The notes under the pieces were generated by a model, which was not told the origin of the DNA, ran no database searches, and saw only the letters and a program-made list of their open reading frames with translations. From the NCBI GenBank assembly GCA_963772365.1, contig CAVYXA010000001.1:1344001-1408000 (forward strand): a DNA stretch of 64,000 nucleotides, read 5' to 3'. The position numbers and the translations under genes were made by a program. Numbering within the stretch: position 1 is the first letter of the stretch; each line of letters opens with the position of its first letter. Positions 57,163 through 64,000 of the stretch are shown here, one piece after another. The DNA comes from an uncultured Verrucomicrobiae bacterium (GTDB lineage: Bacteria; Verrucomicrobiota; Verrucomicrobiia; Chthoniobacterales; UBA10450).

Positions 57163-57398
57163 GTCGATCTAATTTCGGGCTAAGTCATCCGAGGTTTTGA
57201 GAAGATTACACGGGGATTACGGCTTTCGCAAAGCAAGTCGCGGCGATTAAGGGTCTAAATCAGCTCTACAATACAAGTCGCTGTCCTGTAAGCCCTTATA
57301 AAAATAAGCTGCAAAATTCACGGCTTTTGTTGTCAGTCTTTCAAAGCCTATTTAAAATATGCCGAGCAGTTCAACTCGGATCTTACCTAACCGAAGTC

Positions 57399-57851
57399 AT
57401 GGCCAAAAAAACCAAACGCAAGATCGCCTATTCAAGACTACCGATTCAACGCCATTTGAATCTTCAGCACGAAGGAAAGCATTTCGATCTTCGCCGGATC
57501 TTCGATGATTTGAATCAAACCTATTTTCGCCGCCGACTTCGCGGCTACAAGGTCGTTTGGGGACGCCGACGAAAAGAGCGACCGCGAGAATATTTTGTTT
57601 TCGGTACCGTCCAGGAAGAGGATCGCGTGATCCGAATCAATCCACTACTCGATCAGGCTTTTGTGCCGACCTGGTTTCTTCGCTATGTCTTGTACCATGA
57701 AATGCTGCATTCGGTAGTGCCAGATGAGCCTGGCCCAAACGGACGACGGAGAGTTCACACCGAAGAATTTAATCGGCGAGAGCGGCGGTTCCGCGGTTAC
57801 TCGCGTGCGCGGAAATGGGAAGAAGACAATCTCGCGCGTTTCCTGCGCTGA
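57399..57851 (+). CDS. SprT-like zinc metalloprotease domain protein
   Basis: 'IRINPLLD', 'YVLYHEMLH', 'VHTEEF'. Confidence 0.8.
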   Translation: MAKKTKRKIAYSRLPIQRHLNLQHEGKHFDLRRIFDDLNQTYFRRRLRGYKVVWGRRRKERPREYFVFGTVQEEDRVIRINPLLDQAFVPTWFLRYVLYHEMLHSVVPDEPGPNGRRRVHTEEFNRRERRFRGYSRARKWEEDNLARFLR

Positions 57852-57863
57852 AGGCAAGCCGAT

Positions 57864-58019
57864 TCAGCGCGTTTCAGCTGCCGGAGCGGACCTCATCTCA
57901 TACCGCGAGGGCGTCGTCGCTACGTTCTTTTTGATGAGGTACCAGAGCATTGTCGCGAGCAGGAGCGAGATCAACTTCGCCCGCCAGTTGTTGAGTATCA
58001 GCTTCTTCAGTCTCTTCAT
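57864..58019 (-). CDS. Short CdaR/YbbR N-terminal-like membrane peptide
   Basis: 'LILNNWRAKLISLLLATMLWYLI' resembles the YbbR TM start; lies after cdaA. Confidence 0.6.
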   Translation of the reverse strand: MKRLKKLILNNWRAKLISLLLATMLWYLIKKNVATTPSRYEMRSAPAAETR

Positions 58020-58783
58020 AATCGCGATGCAATAAAAGTTCGGCAATGCGTTGACGGAATGTTTCCGGAGTAAAGTTGCGCTCGATCCGCCGCCGGTGGC
58101 AAATGGAAATGCTGCCGTTTTCTTCAGAAACAACGATTGCGATGGCGTCCGATTCTTCCGTGATCCCAAGCCCTGCGCGATGGCGCAGACCCAAGCTTCG
58201 ATCCAGAGTTTCGCGTTGACTAACCGGAAAAATGCAAGCCGCGGCCGCGATTCGACCGTTACGTATGATCACGCCGCCGTCATGCAAGGCGGCCTTGGGA
58301 TGAAAGATCGACAAGATTAACTCCACGGAGAACTCTCCGTCGATGGTGACCCCTGTTTCTTCGTAAACACGGATCGAAGTATCGCGTTCAATGGCGATGA
58401 GCGCGCCAAATTGCTTGTTGGCCAGTTGCGTTACTGCCTCAGCCAAATCATGGACAGTTTCCCGTTTCTCGCTGGTCAGGGAAAAAATCGGGATGCCCGC
58501 CCAACTCGGCCAGCGCTCGTCGAAGTTCCGGTTGAAAAATCACGACCAGTGCCACGGCGAGAAACACGGAAAAACTCCGGATGATCCAGCCGATTACGAC
58601 GAAATTCAGCAATGTCGAGATCAGGGTCAGAGTGAGAAAAACGATGGCCAGCCCGGTCAAAACTTTGGCTCCGCGGGTTCCGCGAAAATAAAGATAGCCA
58701 TAATAGATCACGACCGTCAGCAGCAGAATCTCAAACAAGCTGCGCCAGCCTCTGAGCCAAAGATGAAGTAGTTGATCGATCAT
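57898..58783 (-). CDS. cdaA: Diadenylate cyclase CdaA (frameshift near 58480)
   Basis: TM region 'RGTRG...IFQPELRRAL'; DAC motifs 'LHDGG' and 'GLRHRA'. Confidence 0.92.
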
Positions 58784-59650
58784 TTCCCCATATCCAAAAT
58801 TGATTCGGCAATCCGCAACGCGTTCACGTTTTCCTTCACATCATGCACCCGAAATATATTCGCACCGCGCGCACACAAAAGCGAAGTCAATGCCGCCGTC
58901 GGCGCGAGCCGTTCGTTCATGTCCTCCGAACCGATCAGCTTCGCCAGAAAACATTTCCTCGAAACGCCGACTACGATCGGGCGATCATGCACCCGAAGTG
59001 CCTCGAGGTTTTGCGAGCAACGCCAGATTATGGGCAAGCGTTTTACCGAAACCGATTCCCGGATCAAACGCGATGGCCATGGGATCAATATTGCACTTTA
59101 GGGCGCGCTCATATTGTTGTCGAAAAAAATCCGCTACATCTGCGACAACATCGACATAATGCGGCGCGATTTGCATCATGCGGGGATTCCCCTGCATATG
59201 CATGATTATGAACGCCGACTTTGGTCTCGCGCGACAAGCTGCATCATCTCCGTGTCCCCTCGCCCACCAGTGACATCATTGACAATTACGGCGCCTGCTT
59301 CAATCGCCGCGCGGGCGACTTCTGCTTTCGAAGTGTCGATGGAAATGAACTTCGTTGAACGTTGAGCGTTGATTTTTCCGCTCAAGCCTTCGACCACCGG
59401 AATTACACGTCGAAGTTCTTCTTCGGCACCGACCGACTCCGCGCCCGGTCGCGTCGATTCGCCGCCGATGTCGATGATATCCGCGCCTTCCTCTGCCAAT
59501 GTCAGCCCACGCTTGATTGCATTTTCTGGAGCAAAATGTTCGCCACCATCAGAAAAGGAATCGGGCGTCACATTGACCACGCCCATGATCAACCCACGCT
59601 GCGCATAGATCAACCATGCCGTCGCCGATTCTCCAAAGGATTTCGCGCAT
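58780..59650 (-). CDS. folP: Dihydropteroate synthase (frameshifted)
   Basis: 'NVTPDSFSDGG', 'GGESTRPG', 'SIDT', 'MHMQG', 'DPGIGFGK', 'SRK', 'RVHDV'. Confidence 0.93.
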
Positions 59651-59714
59651 CAAAGATCGAGACTAACACACAGACTGTCTTATTCGACGCCCGAAAGGCG
59701 ATGCAATCCGCGTC

Positions 59715-59767
59715 TTTGTAGGGCAACCGCATCGGTTGCCCGGCAGGCGAAGCGCCTGCCCTACAAA
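59715..59767. repeat. Intergenic GTAG-type REP doublet
   Basis: TTTGTAGGGCAACCGCATCGGTTGCCCGGCAGGCGAAGCGCCTGCCCTACAAA. Confidence 0.9.
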
Positions 59768-59774
59768 CCGGCGT

Positions 59775-60296
59775 TCATTTCTTTGAATAGCGGCCCATCA
59801 GTTGCCCTTCGCCGATTACGTGGCCCTTGATCGCAGCATCGACATCTTTCCGTTTCGCGCCGGAGCGGGAGATCGAGCGTTTTATCGAGCGCGAAAATCT
59901 TAAAGTAATAGCGGTGTGTGCCGGACGGTGGCTGAGGGCCGTCGTAGCCTTGTCCCGGATAATCGTTAGTCCCTTCCACCGCGCCTTTCGGCGCACTATC
60001 TTCGACAATCTCGGTCGTCTTCGGATCGATGTTCCAAACCAGCCAATGGGTAAACAGCCGACCGGCGCATCGGGATCATCGACGAATCAGAGCGCAGGCT
60101 TTTGCGTTCGGCTGGCATGCCTTCGATCCGCAACGGCGGATTCACGATTTTGCGCCGTTCTTGCTGTACTTCTCCGGAATAGTTCCTCCTTCTTGAAATG
60201 CCGAACTCGTAATTTTCATTTTTGCACCTCCGGCTCCGAAGAGTTCCGATTGCGGCCAAAGCGATGGCCAATCCTGCCGATCATCTTAGTATTCAT
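59775..60296 (-). CDS. YbhB/YbcL family PEBP (Raf kinase inhibitor-like) protein (frameshifted)
   Basis: 'EGTND...GYDGPQPPSGTHRYYFKIFALD', 'GHVIGEGQLMGRY'. Confidence 0.85.
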
Positions 60297-60352
60297 AGTC
60301 GATTGGAAATCTCGTTACATCGACAATTATCGGACAATATGCTTTCGATTGG

Positions 60353-62512
60353 ATGACCAAAAACGGACGTAATATTGCGACAACAAATTCTCGGCGTTGC
60401 TGGCGCGCAAGGATTATCAGCCGCTCGAACAAAAGGGAGTAGCTCGAAGACGCTGTCAAGTCGGGCGCGAGGCTTGAACAAGGTCCTGCGCGAGCTCGAG
60501 CGTTCCGGCGAAATCGCGCGGATCCGCAAGAATCGTTACGTGTTGCCGGCGGAGGCCGATCTTGTGACCGGGAAATTGTCGATTCACCAGGCGGGTTACG
60601 GTTTTCTGGTCACGGATAGACCTGGCGAACCAGACATCTTCGTCGCCGCGGCAAAATACGGGCACCGCGATGCATGGCGATCGCGTGGTAGTGCGCGTCA
60701 CTCCAGACGAAGCATATTGCGCGAACGCGGCAAGATCGATCCACCTCTGCTGCGCTTCGGCGCGAGGGACGGGTGATTCGCATCCTGGAGCGGGCCCACG
60801 ACACCATCGTTGGCACGCTTCAGCATTCGCGAAAGTTTTATTACGTCGTTCCCGGATGATCCGCGACTGGTCCACGACGTCTATGTTCAAGCGCCGAGCG
60901 GCAGAGCGGGCGACAAAGTCGTGGTTCGTCTGGAGGCCTGGGAATCGCGCCACGTTAATCCCGAGGGCGAGATCATCGAGGTGCTCGGTCCCGCATCCGC
61001 GCCGGGGGTGGACATGCTGTCGATCATCCGGAAATATCATTTGCCCACTGAATTTCCGAAGGCGGTGCTTGACGAGGCCAGCCGCATTCCGGAAATAATC
61101 GCTCCGGGTTCGCTCCAGGGGCGCGAGGATTTGCGACAGAAATTCATCGTCACGATCGATCCCGACGATGCCCGAGATTTCGATGACGCCATTCACGTCG
61201 AGAAGATCGACAATGGCGGCTGGATGCTCGGCGTCCACATCGCCGATGTGGCCGCTTACGTTGAACCAGGCAGCGAGCTTGACCGCGAAGCGCGTTGGCG
61301 CGGCAACAGCGTTTATCTGCCGGACCGAGTCATGCCAATGTTACCTGAGCGTCTGAGCAATGGCGTTTGCAGTCTTAAGCCGGGGTCGATCGACTGACCC
61401 ATTCTGTATTCATTCAAGTCGATGCCCGAGGTGCTCCGAGGAAGACGCGGTTTACCAAGAGCGTGATCCGCAGCGCTCATCGCCTCACTTACAAGCAAGC
61501 CCTACGCAATTTTGAAATCGTCACCGCGCGATAAATTGGGCAAAAGGCTCCATCGCGCCTGGGAACTTGCTTCGCTATTGCGACGAAAACGATTTCAGCA
61601 CGGCTCGCTCGATCTTGATTTTCCTGAGGTAAAGGTGCGTTTGGATGAGAATGGGAAGACCAGTCGCGTTGGAGCGGATCGAAAATGATGAATCGCACCA
61701 GTTGATTGAGGAATTCATGCTGGCGGCGAATGAAGCCGTCGCGCGCGAGCTGAAAAACCGACGCCATCCCTACGATCTATCGCGTTCACGAAAATCCCGA
61801 TCCGGAAAAATTGGCCGAATATCGCGAGTTTGTGCTCAGCTTTGATTACAAAGTTGGCGATCTGACCAACCGCGAAGAATTACAGCGGCTGATCGCCTCG
61901 TTTCAAGGCAAGCCGGAAGAGCAAGCCTTGAAAGTCGGGCTGCTCAAAAGCTTGAAACGCGCCCGTTACCTTCCCCAGCCCCTCGGCCATTATGGATTGG
62001 CGAAGACCAACTATGCACATTTTACCAGCCCGATTCGCCGTTATGCCGATCTGGTGGTGCATCGCGGATTGGCCGAGCTTGAATTCAGGACGACGATCGC
62101 GCAGCGATATGGGCGAGCTGGCATCGATCGCCGAGCACATTTCGGATACCGAACGCAATGCCGCCGATGCAGAAATTGAAGCTCTCCGAATGAAGAAGCT
62201 CGAATTCTTTCAACGGCAACTGGACGAGCGCCATCCGCAAATTTTTCAGGCGAGCATTGTCGACGTTCGCAATTACGGACTTAATGGTCGAAGTTGCCGG
62301 ACGCGTTGATCACGGGTTTGATCCACGTCTCATCTCTTACGGATGATTTTTATTCATTCGATCCCACGCAACGGCGGCTTATTGGCCGGCGATCTCGGAA
62401 ACGTTTCAAAGTCGGCGACGAGGTTCGTGTTTTTGTTGCCCGGGTGGATACTTTCAAACGTCAGGTCGATTTTGCCCTGGCCGGTGAGCCGAAGCGGCAG
62501 CGCAAGCGATAA
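60353..62512 (+). CDS. rnr: Ribonuclease R (multiple frameshifts)
   Basis: 'GYGF', 'MHGDRV', '[13 protein letters not shown]', 'HIADV', '[14 protein letters not shown]', '[12 protein letters not shown]', S1 domain. Confidence 0.93.
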
Positions 62513-62661
62513 ACCAAAGCCTTTCCAAGCGCGGGAAGCACTTTTAACGCAAACCGCAGCAGAACGATTCCGACCGAAGAAGTTGTGAATAATTTAGACG
62601 AAAAATTTTCTTCCATTTTATTGCCCGGTGGTCACCCTAAACTCCACGGTTCGTTCAGAAA

Positions 62662-62871
62662 ATGGATAACATCATCGAGGCAAAAGAACTACAAATCGAG
62701 CGCAAACATTTCTATGTAGAGTTCCGCGAGAACGATCGCGGGAGGTTTTTGCGGATCACCGAGGAAGCTCACGGCCGCCGCAATACGATCATCGTGCCCA
62801 GCACAGGCGTGGATGAGTTCACCGCGGCCATAGACGAAGTGCTCGAGGGCGTCGAAATCGCGCCGGCATAA
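62662..62871 (+). CDS. PUR-family (PurA/DUF3276-like) single-stranded nucleic acid-binding protein
   Basis: 'ERKHFYVEFRENDRGRFLRITEE...RRNTIIVP'. Confidence 0.85.
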   Translation: MDNIIEAKELQIERKHFYVEFRENDRGRFLRITEEAHGRRNTIIVPSTGVDEFTAAIDEVLEGVEIAPA

Positions 62872-63031
62872 GGCTCAGGTCGCAAGACTTGAACCTGGCG
62901 CGGGGCTTTCACTGCGTCGCATTTTTTCGGCGGTGACTCGTCTAAAGAACGCAGCCGCCGTTTCGTTGACACTCCCACGTGCGGAATTAGTTTGCGACTC
63001 CGCTCCATCAGCAATTTAACTCCCCTCATCT

Positions 63032-64000
63032 ATGGCCAAACACAAAAGGATTCGCATCGCAAAGAGCCGGTCGAAAGCAAGATCGACAAAAAAATCGAAA
63101 ACTGCGCGGTACGTTTACTATTTCGGCGATGGCCACGCCGATGGCGGCGGCAAGATGAAACCGCTCCTCGGTGGCAAAGGAGCAAACCTGGCGGAAATGA
63201 CCCGGATCGGATTGCCGGTACCTCCCGGTTTCACGATCACAACCGAAGTCTGCACATATTTCTATGAACATGACCGCAGTTACCCGTCGCAATTAGAAGC
63301 TCAAGTCGCGGCAGCTCTGGCCAGGGTCGAAAAATCAGTGGGCAAAAAACTCGGCGATCGCGAGCGGCCATTGCTGGTTTCCGTGCGATCCGGCGCGCGC
63401 GATTCGATGCCGGGAATGATGGACACCATTCTCAACCTCGGGATGAACGATAAGGTTGTCGAAGTTGTGACCCAAAAAACGAGTAATCCGCGCTTCGCCT
63501 GGGATTCTTATCGCCGATTTCTACAAATGTATGGCGATGTGGTGATGGGCGTTCAGAAACGACCCGACGAAGATCATGAGCCATTCGAAAGCGCGATCGA
63601 ACATTTGAAGGATCAGCGTTACGGCAAACACGATTTTCCCGATGTGCGATTAACCGTAGCCGATTTGAAGGAGTTGGTCGCGCGTTTCAAATCACTGATC
63701 AAAGAGCGAACCGGAAAGTCTTTTCCGCAGGATGCGAAGCAGCAACTTTGGGGTGCTATCGGCGCGGTTTTTGGCTCGTGGATGAACGATCGCGCGATTG
63801 TTTATCGCCGGAAATATAGGATTCCACACGATTGGGGCACGGCAGTGAACGTGCAGACGATGGTGTTCGGAAACATGGGAGATTCCAGCGCGACTGGCGT
63901 GGCATTCACGCGCGATCCGGCTACCGGCGAAAAAGTTTTCTACGGCGAGTATTTGATCAACGCCCAAGGTGAAGACGTTGTGGCTGGAGTTCGCACGCCG
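63032..64000 (+). CDS. ppdK: Pyruvate, phosphate dikinase (5' part; runs off the window)
   Basis: '[12 protein letters not shown]', 'PVPPGFTIT', '[15 protein letters not shown]', '[10 protein letters not shown]' read manually from ATG 63032. Confidence 0.95.
   Translation, partial: MAKHKRIRIAKSRSKARSTKKSKTARYVYYFGDGHADGGGKMKPLLGGKGANLAEMTRIGLPVPPGFTITTEVCTYFYEHDRSYPSQLEAQVAAALARVEKSVGKKLGDRERPLLVSVRSGARDSMPGMMDTILNLGMNDKVVEVVTQKTSNPRFAWDSYRRFLQMYGDVVMGVQKRPDEDHEPFESAIEHLKDQRYGKHDFPDVRLTVADLKELVARFKSLIKERTGKSFPQDAKQQLWGAIGAVFGSWMNDRAIVYRRKYRIPHDWGTAVNVQTMVFGNMGDSSATGVAFTRDPATGEKVFYGEYLINAQGEDVVAGVRTP

Noticed and set aside
57163..57398. tRNA or sRNA in the AT-rich gap between rodA and the SprT-like gene
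   Set aside because: No cloverleaf or strong structure; consistent with divergent promoters

Overview
Bacterial chromosomal window. Gene content and protein style suggest a soil Verrucomicrobium (Chthoniobacterales/Ca. Udaeobacter-like); this is inference, not a database result. Housekeeping genes: yqjD/E/K-like trio, infA, ahcY-metK with a divergent SahR-type regulator, hflX-miaA, acpP, nnr, amidase, xth, beta-CASP nuclease, tilS, TetR-RND efflux, scpA, rodA, folP-cdaA, rnr, a PUR-family protein and the 5' part of ppdK. Accessory content: five secreted proteins with unrelated passenger domains that share a C-terminal five-repeat FG-GAP/VCBS-like domain, two secreted proteins sharing a dockerin-ended C-terminal module, an ECF sigma/Ser-Thr kinase pair, a HEPN-MNT pair, and an IS remnant plus a cognate MITE. 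The most unusual signal is a set of short palindromic or tandem repeat families. One forms 29-bp inverted repeats around a GxxExxY nuclease gene inserted between metK and ahcY. GTAG-type REPs sit in-frame inside tilS and a lipase-maturation-factor gene. Many genes, including infA, folP and rnr, carry clustered frameshifts that are most likely sequencing or assembly indels. No tRNA, rRNA or CRISPR array was recognised.
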